Below, in pieces: positions 32,890 to 44,389 of a stretch of 64,000 nucleotides of DNA. This DNA comes from Macrostomum lignano (taxonomy: Eukaryota): positions 3,737 to 67,736 of the forward strand of contig NIVC01001617.1 of NCBI GenBank assembly GCA_002269645.1, given 5' to 3'. The stretch's first letter is position 1; each line of letters begins with the position of its first letter. The position numbers and the translations under genes were made by a program. A model generated the notes under the pieces. It was not told the DNA's origin, did no database searches, and saw only the letters and a program-made list of their open reading frames with translations.

Positions 32890-35800
32890 CTGGCCTAGGA
32901 CCGAAACCGCGTCGGGCGGCACCGGCAAGGCGGAAGCTGGCGGCGACCAGACGCTGGAGGCCGGGTCGCTTGCACCGGTGGGAGCCCCGGCGGCTTTTGC
33001 GGGTGCGCAGTTGCGACCGGAGGGTCTCCACCACGTGGCAGTTGTGGCCGGCCGTCCAGGCGGGGGCAGCCTCGTGGCCGCAGAGCCGGAATCGCCTCGC
33101 CGGGATCGAGCGCGCAGGCTTGAGTCTATCCACTGCCACGTGATCCTGCCGCGTGCCCAGGTCGAGGCGGAAGGTCTTGTCTCCGCGCTCAAGGACCTTG
33201 AAGGGCCCGAAGTACGGCCGCTGCAGAGATGGCCGGTGGCCGTCGCGGCGGATGAAGACGTGCGTGCAGGACTCCAGGGCAGCAGGCACGGAGGCAGCGA
33301 CGCGGCCATGACGCGAGGTTGGAGGCGGCCGGAACGATTGTACCGCGCTGCGTAGCCGGGCCAGGAACTGGTCGTAAGAGCCCTCGGATGGCGCGGCCTG
33401 CAGGCATTCTCCCGGTACCGTCAGCGGGGCGCAGTAGACCAGCTCGGCCGAGGAGGCGCCGATGTCCTCCTTGGGAGCCGTGCGGATGCCCAGCAACACC
33501 CAGGGCAGCTCGTCGGTCCAAGTCGGTCCGGTCAGGCGCGCCATCAGGGATGCCTTGACCTGGCGGTGGAAGCGTTCCACCAGGCCGTTAGCCTGTGGGT
33601 GAAAAGCGGTGGTGTGGTGCAGCTGCATGCCCAGCAGCCGCGACGTTGGCCCGTAGCCCGGAGGTGAACTGGGAGCCGCGGTCGGACGTGACGTCACTGG
33701 GCACGCCGAAGCGGGCGATCCAACCGGCGATGAAAGCGGACGCGCAGGAGGCAGCGGAAGTGTCGGCCAAGGGGAAAGCCTCCGGCCAGCGGGAGAACCT
33801 GTCGACGACGGTCAGCAGGTGCGTGAAGCCGTGGGACTGCGGCAGCGGTCCGACAAGGTCGATGTGGACGTGCGCGAAACGGCTGCTGGGCACCGGGATG
33901 CTGGCGGGCGGGGCGGTCACGTGGCGCTGCACCTTGGCCGTCTGGTAGGCGATGCAGCTGCGAGCCCATTGGCCGACGTCCCTGTTGATTCCCGGCCACA
34001 CGAACTTCTCGGACACTAGGCGCCGCGTACTGCGTACGGACGGGTGCGCCAGGCCGTGGACTGCATCGAAAACGGCGCGGCGGAAGTCGGTGGGCACCAG
34101 CGGGCGCGGGCGGCCGGTCACGGTGTCGCAGATGACCTCCAGGCCGGGACGCAACGTCACGTGCTCGAGCCGCAGGCCGGTGCCGGCGAGCGCGGGATGG
34201 TCTGCTCGCTGCGCGCGTGCCAGGGCCGCGTAGTCGATGCCGGGGAGCAGCGGCTGCACAGAGGCGATGGTGCAGCGGGACAGGGCGTCGGCCACCGGAT
34301 TGTCCTTGCCCGCCACGTGCCGGATGTCGGTGGTGAACTCCGACACGTATGCGAGGTGCCGCTGCTGGCGTGCTGACCAGGGATCCGACAACTTGGCCAT
34401 GGCCGCGACCAGGGGTTTGTGGTCGGTGTAGGCGGTGAAGATGCGGCCTTCCAAAAGGTAGCGGAAATGCCGCATGGCCAGATAGAGAGCGAGTAACTCC
34501 CGGTCGAACGCGCTGTATTTTGTTCAGCCGGTCGCAGTTGGCGGCTGAAGAAAGCGAGTGGCCGCCAGGCCTCGCCGACACGCTGCTCCAGAACCGCCCC
34601 AATGGCGGTGTCCGAGGCGTCGACCGTCAGGGCCGTTGGGGCGTCGGGCTCCGGGTGCGCAAGCATGGTCGCGTCAACCAGGGCCTGCTTCGTGCTGTTG
34701 AAGGCGTCCGTCAGCTCCGGTGTCCACTGAACGATCTTGTCCTTGCTGGCCAGGGCGCCGTAGATGGGGCGCAGCAACTGGGCGGCCCGCGGCACGAACC
34801 TGTGATAGAAGTTCACCATGCCGGCAAACTCTTGCAGGCCCTTGACGGTCGCGGGCGGAGCGAATCGGGCGATGGCTTCGACTTTGTCGGGCAGCGGCAT
34901 GGCGCCCCGGCTGTTGATGCGGTGGCCCAGAAAGTCGATTTCGCTGCGGCCAAACTGGCACTTGGCTGGATTAATGAGGAGGCCGTTGTCTGCCAGGCGC
35001 TGGAACAGCGTGTGCAGGTGCCCCAGATGCTGCTGAGGGCCGCTGCTCGCCACTAGGAAGTCGTCGATATAGGCGAACACGAAGTCCAGGCCCTGGCAGA
35101 CCGTGTCAATCAGCCGTTAGAAGGCCTGGGCGGCGTTTTTGAGTCCGAATGGCATCCGGAGAAACTCGAACAGGCCGAATGGCGTTATGACGGCCGTCTT
35201 GGCGATGTCGGCCTCGGCAACCGGGATCTGATGGTAGCCCCGCACCAGGTCGATCTTGGAGAAAATGTTGCACCCGGACAGCCGCGCAGAAAAGTCGTGA
35301 ATGTGCGGCACCGGGTAGCGGTCGGGCACCGTGGCGTCGTTGAGCCGCCGGAAATCGCCGCAGGGCCGCCAACCCCCGGAGGCCTTTGGCACCATGTGTA
35401 GCGGCGACGACCAGGGGCTGCAGGACCGCCGCACGATGCCCAGCTGCTCCAGGTTGCGGAATTCCTCCTTGGCCACCGCCAGCTTGTCAGGCGGCAGGCG
35501 GCGCGCCCGGGCGTGGACGGGGGGCCCGTCGTAGGAATATGATGTTGGACCCCGTGGAGAGGCCGGGCTTTCTGGAAACTCGGCTCCGTCAGCGTCGGGA
35601 ACTCCGCGAGCAGCTGGCTGTACGGGTCCCCAGCGACGGCGGCGGCGAGCTGAGGTGCCGGGCCGGACCCGAGCAGCAGGTGGGCGCTGGACAGCGAGCT
35701 AGTGTCGAGCAGACGGCGGTTTGACATGTCCACCAGTAGGCCGTGGTGCCCCAGGAAGTCCGCGCCGATCAACGGCCGTGACACCTCGGCCAGGATGAAC

Positions 35801-36000
35801 GGCCAGGTGCAGGCCTTGACGCCGAGGTCGAGCGTCAGCGTCCGGCTGCCGAACGTGCATATCGGGCTGCTGTTGGCCGCGAAAAGCGGCGGGCCGGGTG
35901 TGTGCGAGGGGGCGTCTGCCACCTCAGCGCCGGTGTCGACCAAGAAGCGCCGGCCCGTGGCTACGTCGGGGATGAGCAGGAGGTTGTTGCTGCCGGCCGT
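32890..36000 (-). pseudogene. Gypsy pol: protease, RT, RNase H, integrase (disrupted)
   Basis: FLVDTGAEV (PR); [39 protein letters not shown] (RT); DAS, PLAFFSR (RNase H); HGLAHP, HIDLVG, DRFSRWPEA, SDRGSQFTS, HPQANGLVERFH (IN). TAA at 35119-35117 where a Gln codon is expected, plus several frameshifts. Confidence 0.93.
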
Positions 36001-36026
36001 CGAGGCGTTCACTGACGGCCGGCCGG

Positions 36027-36682
36027 CTAGTTTCCCGAGAACTGGCAGGGCGGCTCGCAACGCCGGGCCTTGGCGCCGAACTTCCGGTGGAAGAAACAGA
36101 TGAGGCCGTCGGCCTCCCTCGGCTGGTGCTGCTTCGGCTTGGCGCAAGCCGGGCGGGCGGTGGCAGCAACTACCGGCGGGTGCTCTGGCGGCAGGGTGGC
36201 GGTGGCCACGGGCTGTGCCCGGCTCGCCCAGAGTTCATCCGCGAGTCGCGCAACTGCGCGCGGGTCAGCGAAATCCACGGAGACGAGTGCCATGCGAATG
36301 TCGGCCGGCATCTGCTGGCGGAAAAGCTCCTCGAAGAGCATGCAGGGCCGGTGGTTGCCGAGCAGGGCCAGCATCTCGTCCATGAGCTCGGACGGGCGGC
36401 GGTCACCGAGGCCGGCCAGGTTGAGCAGCCGGCTGGCACGCTGTTGGTGCGTCAGGCCGAATGTGCCGAGGAGGCGGGCCTTGAGAGCATCGACTTGTTT
36501 TCAGCCGACAGTGTCTCAAGCACGTCCAGCAGGCGCTCGGCTGACTGCTGGTCCAGCGCGGCTACGAGGTGAAAGTATTTGGTAGCATCTTGCGTGATGT
36601 TGCGGACGAATTGCGCCTCCGCCTGGATGAACCAGGCGCGAGGCTGGCTGGCCCAGAACGTGGGCAGCTTGAGGGCCACCGC
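36027..36682 (-). pseudogene. Gypsy gag (frameshifted), with CCHC-like knuckle
   Basis: ALKLPTFWASQPRAWFIQAEAQF...TKYFHLVAALD; LCMLFEELF; ICFFHRKFGAKARRCEPPC. Confidence 0.88.
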
Positions 36683-36729
36683 AGACTCAGTTGACTTACT
36701 GAGGAGTTATTCTCAAACAGGTGGTTGAG

Positions 36730-36743
36730 CGTCGGGCTCACCA
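36730..36743 (-). other. Primer-binding site, tRNA-Trp-like
   Basis: Plus strand CGTCGGGCTCACCA versus the eukaryotic tRNA-Trp 3' end CGTCGGGGTCACCA (from memory; one mismatch), 1 nt from the 5' LTR. Confidence 0.75.
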
Positions 36744-36744
36744 A

Positions 36745-36942
36745 TGTGGCGAGTTGAGCCACGTAGAGTTTATTTGAAGTAGCAGGGTGGAGGTGCGCGA
36801 GACAAAAGTCTAAAGTTATATAGGCCAGCAGTGTACACTGGGTAGCTAATCAACACAGCGACCGTGCACATAGTGCCAGCCTCCCTGGCCAGGGTTGGGG
36901 TGGCTGCTGGAGCGCATACGCGCGTGTGGCATGACCGCCACA
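36745..36942 (-). repeat. 5' LTR (198 bp)
   Basis: TG...CA termini; adjacent PBS. Confidence 0.95.
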
Positions 36943-39900
36943 CAGCTGAATTCCATGACCCGAGTCCCATCATCTATCTCCAAAGACAAAAAATCCTCTC
37001 TGTGAAATTGAACACCATCAAAATGCTCTCTGGGAAATAAGACTCAGTCGAAAATTTCTCTATCAAAAAGAACTCAACTCTCCAGATTCATTGGTTAGGG
37101 TTATGGTTAGATTAGGGTTAGGGTAGAGCTCCACAGAGCTGCGTGTTGAAAGACGCCAATAAAAATATTGAATTAAATGAATAAATTGATTGTGCAGCCA
37201 ATTTCTCAGCCGCTTGCACAAAATGATTGCACAATCTAAATCAACCCTCCAATACACAGCGGCAGTAAGAAGTTGAACCCTCCCCCAACTTTATCTATTA
37301 CATCTTGCAAAACTGAGTACAATCTTTGCAGAAAGTTAAAAGCATGGAAATAATTTTTTCAAATGCTGTGCTTTTCTTTTTCACATTTAAAGCAAACAAC
37401 CTACATCCCCAAACTTAGCATTGAAAGATCTTTCTAGTAATATAAGTCTTTTCTCTCAAAGTTCAAAACTTGAGGAACAGTTTGCGTTTCAAATTTCCCA
37501 GTTTAAAGCATTGAATTTTAGAGTGTACATTCACTGCCTGCTATAGTAAGAGGCTTGCAAGTTTATGCATTGAATTTCACTGTCCGCTAGTTAGCAAGGG
37601 TCCAAATGTATACACACAGCCACTTAGAATGCCCCCACCCTCCCACTAAAAAGAAAATGCACTGCCAAGATAGGAAAAAGTTGTGGCACAATCACTCAAA
37701 ATTGATGCAAATTTTCAGTTCAAAGCAGAAAAAGTAGCCAAAGAAGGTTAAGAAAACAGTTTTCTGCTTTTTTAACAGACTTAATTTTGAAAATTTCAAC
37801 ATTAAAATAGCCTATTTGTTGCATAGGAAAATTTTGCATTGATATATATAAGTCCCGCATTTGAGTTGGCAGCCATTTTTGGAGGAGATATGCGTTAAAC
37901 CTGGCTGGTCAATCCATCAGTCCACTCAGCTTTACCTTTAGATATAAGATCAAGGTAGCATAGTATGCCATGCGCATTGGAATATAACTTTTGAAGGAGA
38001 AATCTATGTACTACCTATGTACTATTTCTATGCTCTATTTCTATGTCCTACCTAACCAAAAATATCCCTAGATGTTATACTAATTAGATAATGAGGCATT
38101 TAGCTTTATTAATATAGTCATAGTTATTGTTGCCAATTGCCCAAAATTATATTAGCTTTTGCTTAGGTATTTTTCATAAGAAAGTCATACTAAATATAAT
38201 GTTATCATTTTTATTATTAGTATTTTAGATTAATAAAATCTTATGTGCAATACTTATGAGGAACATTTACATATAAGTGGTCAAAAACAAAGAGCCATTA
38301 AATAGGCCTAGTTGATGCCAAAGAGAAAAATTTATTTATATACAGAACAAAGCTGTTGCAAAAACCTTTTTATAATATATTACATTTTTGTATAAAATAT
38401 AAAAATTATATTGCATTAACCATAATAAATTCGGGTTGCACATGCATTAATAATAGTTTAGAAGTCAACTTTTTAACAGACTAAGTAGTAGTCCATTTTA
38501 TAAAGTTTAGTAATAGTTTTATACAACTATAATATTATGCCACTCTACTATACTATACTTAGTAAGTATATATGGACATAAAAGTATTAATAGTTGTAGA
38601 TAGCGATGATAGATTTATTAATGATAGACATACTTTTCAAAATTGACCTATTGTTGTCAACATCTAAAATTAGGCCTACCCTACTATGTCTGTACGACGA
38701 AACGTACTGACAAGCAAAAAAAATTGAAACCCGTAACAAAATGTTAACTGTTAAAGCTTACTCTGAGTATGCAAACATCTGGCCCTGGCGCATTTGGCTC
38801 AAGCTAGGGCTACCGGCTAGAACAATCTCTACGCCTAGCTCCTCTATGGAGTCATAATCATGATTTGATTTATCTTAGAAAAAGATGGTCACGAAAAATT
38901 AAAAAATACAACACGACAATTGCGCTCGCGTTGTTTGCGGGATTTTAGAGAGTGAGATTCTCAAAACAATACGAGCTGACTGTAATTCGTGACCATACCG
39001 TTGCATCAGCATGGCTACATGTGCAAGTACCCTCAAATATCAAATAAATCCGGTTGAAAATCTTTCCAGCGATTGGTGGCTCGTTTGCACCGCACTAAGC
39101 CACCGTATATTTGCTACGTACAAAGTTTGTTATGCCTTCTATGGGTTTATTTTTTCGCCCGGGAAATCATGCCAAATGGGAAAATTTTATTTAAGTCACA
39201 TTTGCTATTTTTAACCCAGATGCCTGGACCCAAAAATAATCATTCACTCTAAAGATGATTCCATGAGTCATTTTTTAGGAAATGGCAAAGCCATATAAGA
39301 TATAAATTTTTCTCATTGCCTAAAAATCTTATTACACATAGGCACATTTAAATACAGAACACAAAATAGAACAAGCTGCTCTCTCCGCTTAGATATTTCA
39401 ACGATTTCACCCGGCTATCCTCGACACCTAAGGATCTAATGACAACTGGATAGACTGGATGCGAAGCGAGCAAACGTCGGCCTGCTGATGGTCCAACACA
39501 TTACTGCGCCTTGTGGTCGATTCCTGAGTTAGCACACCAACCCATTCCGTGCCGAGCTGCACTGCCCACAGCTGGTGCTGATGTTGCTCCGGGTTCTGTT
39601 CTCGGCTTTTTTCTTTGACCAGGAACAACATGTAGTAGGGAGCGCCATGAGACGCTATATAGCTGTTGTGTTTTGCAATTTTAATTTGCTGTGTGATGCT
39701 AATTAGATGTGTACATACATCGTGACAAATGAGATCACATATAGCTAGGAAGTGTTGCAGTGGATAATGAACTATAGTGGAGTACATGTATCTTCGTGTA
39801 ACGTGTGAAGGTGAATGTGATTCACGAGAGCATGCAAAGGTGTCTTTACTCTGCACATGTAGCTCGTCGTGAAAATATCCTGCTGATCAACCGCAGGAGC

Positions 39901-40382
39901 TGATTACGTACACGATCCTAGCTCCTTAGGCTATAGTAGTATGCATATACATAAATCTATATCATAAATGTACTTAGAATCAGTTTTGAGGTTCGAAGAA
40001 CCGTGTTAGTTTGGCTGGTCAAAAAGCTGCAGCGCATAGGCAGGAAGAAAAGCTTAGAAAAACTACTGAAGTGGGGCAGTGGAATGAATTTACAACAGTA
40101 CAGTTTACCTAACCTTCTTTTAGATCAGGAGAAGCGGAATGAATGTACGTTTGTACAGTGCCAGCGTATCTGAGCTAATTTGAGGCAAGGTCCAGCCAAC
40201 CACAACAATTTCTATCAAGTTCATTGAAGAAAGTAAAGCGCGTGGATTGCTAGGCTGTCGTGGAACGAGATTGAGTCTATATTAGAGCATGATCCTAGGT
40301 AAAACCACGAAAACAACTACCTACAGCTATCGTGATACTGAAAATTTTCAAAAAACAGTAGACACAGTAATTGTTTTCAGCT

Positions 40383-41894
40383 ATGACCCATCTCTTGTCG
40401 TCATTAGATTTGCAGACAAGTAGTCTCGGTGTGGGTGTACCAGTAGCATTGTTTGGTTGTTACCTAGCCAGCCGATGGTACAGAAACAGAAGCTTACCAC
40501 CAGGACCCGTCGGCCTGCCAGTCATTGGTCGCCTGCCATGGATGGACCAGAAGCAGGCTCACCTGTGCGTGATTGAGATGTGCAAGCAGTATGGCGACCT
40601 GATTTCATATCGAATGGGAAGCCAGCTGATGGTCGCTGTCAACAGCTATGATCTACTCAAGGAGATTATGGAAGACGAAAACTATACTGGCCGGCCGCGG
40701 CTTCCATTCCTTGACCGCGTAACCCAAGGATGCGGCATCTTCTTCACTGAGGGCGAGTCTTGGTCGCAGCAGCGCCGCCTCGCTATGCGGAGTCTTCGTG
40801 ACTTTGGGTTCGCCCGCACTCGATCCGCTGAGATGGTAGACGCACAAGTAGACATAATCTTCCAACTTTTAGAAGCGGCAGCAGATAATGGCGACCATAT
40901 TCGCACGCTTGAAGCCTTCACTGAGGCCACTAACGGTGTGATTGCTCAACTGACGCTCGGGCGCAGGTACGAGCGGGGTGAAAAGGAATTTATTTATCTG
41001 AATGAAACAATCAAGGCCTTCTTCAACACATCATTCTTGCTCAGCATGCCTCTTTTGTTTCCATCGTTAGACGTCATTGTGAGAACCTTGCCGGCTAGTA
41101 GTTCTTTCAACAACCTGGTATTCGGTCTGCAGGATTTTGTCCGAAACCAAGTGAACCAGCGCAAGGAGATTGTTGACGACTCAATGGAACCAGAATGTCT
41201 CTGTGACGTGTACATCCAAGAGAGACGCCGCTGTGAAAAACGTGGTGACTATGAGACATTCAAGGAGCACCAAATCGTCCGGGGCGTTGTGGAATTTTTT
41301 GTTGCTGGCACTGATACCACAGCCCGTTCGCTGGAGTGGCTCGTCGTCCTAATGGCGGTCTTCCCAGCGATTCAAGACAAGGTTCACGAGGAATTGATCC
41401 GCGTCGTTGGCTCGGAGCGGCGGCCCCTAACATCGGACAAGTCTGAACTAAACTACACTCTCGCTGTCATTGAGGAGTCGTTCAGGTTCGTGTCGCTAGT
41501 GGCTATTGGCGTTATGCACAGGGCCAAGCAGGACGCTATCTTTCACGGCTACCGGATTCCCAAGGACTCGATTATTCTGCCATGCACCTACGGAATTAAC
41601 CACGATTCGCGCATCTGGGCTAAACCCGACGAGTTCTATCCGGAGCATTTCCTCAACGAGAAGGGCGCCTACACTGGCCATGGCAAGAACGTGCCCTTTA
41701 TGATCGGCCGGCGGGCCTGCCCTGGGGAAGGACTGGCACGTATGGAGGTTCTGCTTGTCTTCAGCGCCATCATGCAGCGCTTCCGGGTCACACTGGCGCC
41801 GGAGTACGTTGGCAAGGAGGCGGAGATACTGAAAGGCTCGTATGGGATTCTCCGCCAGCCCGGGGACTACAAGCTGTCTGTTCAGAAGCGCTGA
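40383..41894 (+). CDS. Cytochrome P450, clan-2-like, microsomal, intronless (503 aa)
   Basis: N-terminal anchor, LPPGPVGLP hinge, WSQQRR, AGTDTT (I helix), ESFR (ExxR), FYPEHF, FMIGRRACPG (heme cysteine). True ATG at 40383; the track start 40371 is TTG. Confidence 0.96.
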   Translation: MTHLLSSLDLQTSSLGVGVPVALFGCYLASRWYRNRSLPPGPVGLPVIGRLPWMDQKQAHLCVIEMCKQYGDLISYRMGSQLMVAVNSYDLLKEIMEDENYTGRPRLPFLDRVTQGCGIFFTEGESWSQQRRLAMRSLRDFGFARTRSAEMVDAQVDIIFQLLEAAADNGDHIRTLEAFTEATNGVIAQLTLGRRYERGEKEFIYLNETIKAFFNTSFLLSMPLLFPSLDVIVRTLPASSSFNNLVFGLQDFVRNQVNQRKEIVDDSMEPECLCDVYIQERRRCEKRGDYETFKEHQIVRGVVEFFVAGTDTTARSLEWLVVLMAVFPAIQDKVHEELIRVVGSERRPLTSDKSELNYTLAVIEESFRFVSLVAIGVMHRAKQDAIFHGYRIPKDSIILPCTYGINHDSRIWAKPDEFYPEHFLNEKGAYTGHGKNVPFMIGRRACPGEGLARMEVLLVFSAIMQRFRVTLAPEYVGKEAEILKGSYGILRQPGDYKLSVQKR

Positions 41895-42867
41895 GCAGGT
41901 CGCTTCTCTGCTCCGGTTCTCAAGCTAAGAGCTTGTCTTTTGCCCCTAATTGTCAATCTAACAGCCAAATAATCCTGGACTGTGACTACTTACAATGATA
42001 ACTGGTCATTTTTCGCTTTTAATTTTGTTGAGAATTGGTAAATGGGAATCATGCGCGTTAAAAATTAGCTTGTTTAAATTTCTTAAATCATCATTCTTGC
42101 TATGTTGTACGAGTGTGGAAAATTCAATCGACATCTGTTCTAAAATGATTTGAAAGAGAAACATTTTCTAAATACATTAAGCTACTTTCTGGATTCATCT
42201 TTCCTAAAATGGCTTTCAAACCACTGGGAAGCTAAAATGTCGTTGAGGTGACTGAATAATGTTGCTTCGATGTACCTTTGGGTATGACCGAATTGTGTGA
42301 ACAGGATCAGTAGTGTTTGATGCCCTTATGAAATGTTTGTGTTTGCAATCCTGTATTCACACAAAACAAATGAGACGCCAATATCATTCGGCCGTATGGG
42401 TTTCTTCCATCCCAAGAGACGCAAATGCATGTAGTTGCTCAAATATATTTGGGCTTGAAAAATCATCCTATTGCCCGAAACCCTTCGCACAAAACTATAA
42501 ATTTCTGCCTAGGATACTTACAATTGGAGAAAACACTTGTAAGGGTGAAACGAAAATTAATGAAAATTCAGTTATGAATCTCAAGGAACCCTAAAATTGC
42601 AACATTGACAATGGCGGCGTGAAAGCGAGTCAGATTAGCATTGACATTGACATTATGAGAGTACAAATTATGAGCGTGATAAATTATGAGTGACAAAATA
42701 TGACAGTGACAAATTATGAAAGTGATATCATGAGAGTGACAAGTCACTGTCCGTGCGGAACAGACAACGGCCAGAAAACGTTATGAAATATTTAAGTTTT
42801 GAAGCATGCTTGCATGTGCGAATAATGATATTTTGAGGCTATAAAGCCGGGATTGTATGAGCATATT

Positions 42868-43115
42868 GCATAGAGTTCACACACTCGCATAGAGTTCACA
42901 CACTCGCATAGAGTTCACACACTCGCATAGAGTTCACACACTCGCATAGAGTTCACACACTCGCATAGAGTTCACACACTCGCATAGAGTTCACACACTC
43001 GCATAGAGTTCACACACTCGCATAGAGTTCACACACTCGCATAGAGTTCACACACTCGCATAGAGTTCACACACTCGCATAGAGTTCACACACTCGCATA
43101 GAGTTCACACACTCG
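42868..43115. repeat. 19-bp minisatellite (GCATAGAGTTCACACACTC), about 13 copies
   Basis: Seen directly. Confidence 0.95.
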
Positions 43116-44389
43116 GGTCATGTCATGACCTGGCAGACTGTGCAGAATCGACTCTGATTAGAAAGCTGCATTTGCGTCTCTCATTTTTTACCCTTCCACG
43201 AGAACGCAGAAAAAATTTGGTCTGTTTGTTTTGTGCTTTCTGTGCCAGCCAGTGACGGGCAGACTGCCTGCCCAGCCGGGTTACCATGCAGGTCTGCAGA
43301 GATAGAAGAGATTGCTATTTTGCCTTCCAGCGTGGCATTATCCAGCGTGGCACAGGGGTCTGCGGAATGCTTGCGTTGTACCGTTAGCCCTATAGCACCC
43401 AGTTGTCATAATAAATCATTCAACTTGGCCTGGGTCTTGCCCGACTGCCCTATCTCCGAACCCAGTTTGATAGCACAGCCCGAGATACAGCTCTGCCTGT
43501 GATAAAGCTGGACAGCAGCAGCCACACGAAACTATTTTTAAATCAATCTTCAGGGATCACTGAAGGTTAAAAAGGTTTTTAGCTCACTCGCTGAGCTCTT
43601 AGGAACTTTTCCGGTGGCAAAAATGCAGCTTTCATACGCATTTGTTCACTTACAACTGAGTATCCAATTGTTTTAATCACAATTCGCAATACAAAAAAGT
43701 GTTTAAACTTTGATATTGTTTACAGATGCGCGCGAACTTCTTTACACTTAATCGAATTCTTTTAACAAATGTGACCAAAGGTGACCACCAAACAGAGTCA
43801 ATACAGATTAAATTAAAGAAAGGTTTTTAAAGGAAAATTGCATAGTTGTAAAATCTTCAAACCAGTAAAGCATTAAATAATTTTTTTAATACGAAACATT
43901 TAGCAATAGATTTATAGACAAAGCCACTCGTCAGGGCACGGTTAAACAACGTACTCGTTCTTACAGGCAAGTTCGAGTGAGTGCAGACGAGCTGCACTGC
44001 TTTTAATCACTGATCTTATGGTAAAATGGCGTGTAATTTTGTTTCTATTCAGTTCAGGAATGTCAATACAAGCGTATAAGATTTCAAGACGCGTCCAATC
44101 AGTAGGAGCTAAATTATATATTAATCGCTGGTAAATTTATTTGACCAAAACTTAATTAACCTTAAAGTAATTATATGGTAGTGTACAGGTTAAGCTTACG
44201 CACCCTATCAACGCCCCACAGGGTCCTTGAAAAAAAACAAACCGTAGTAAATTAAAAAGTTTTTTTGAACGTTCAGGAAATAGGAAAATGTTACAAAAAG
44301 TATGGCATATTATAGGTTTAACATATTGAGAAGTAGTCGATTCCAAAAGAAGCAAAATCATTCAGCGTAAACTCGGCCATGTGTGCCAA

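Larger units (their letters stand above)
32675..36942 (-). mobile_element. Full-length but defective Ty3/Gypsy LTR retrotransposon (4268 bp)
   Basis: LTRs 32675-32874 and 36745-36942 (TGTGGCG...CGCCACA), TSD CAGC at 32671-32674 and 36943-36946, PBS, PPT, gag-PR-RT-RNaseH-IN order with frameshifts and a nonsense codon. Confidence 0.97.

Noticed and set aside
32746-36585. Numerous plus-strand and off-frame ORFs within the Gypsy element
   Set aside because: Shadow frames of GC-rich gag-pol; no env or extra gene supported.
39428-39856. Possible coding fragment (both strands examined)
   Set aside because: Frames are interrupted and match no family I recognise; at most a decayed pseudogene.
42640-42752. 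Degenerate ATTATGAG/GTGACAA repeats resembling a transposon subterminal array
   Set aside because: No matching inverted partner or TSD found in the window.
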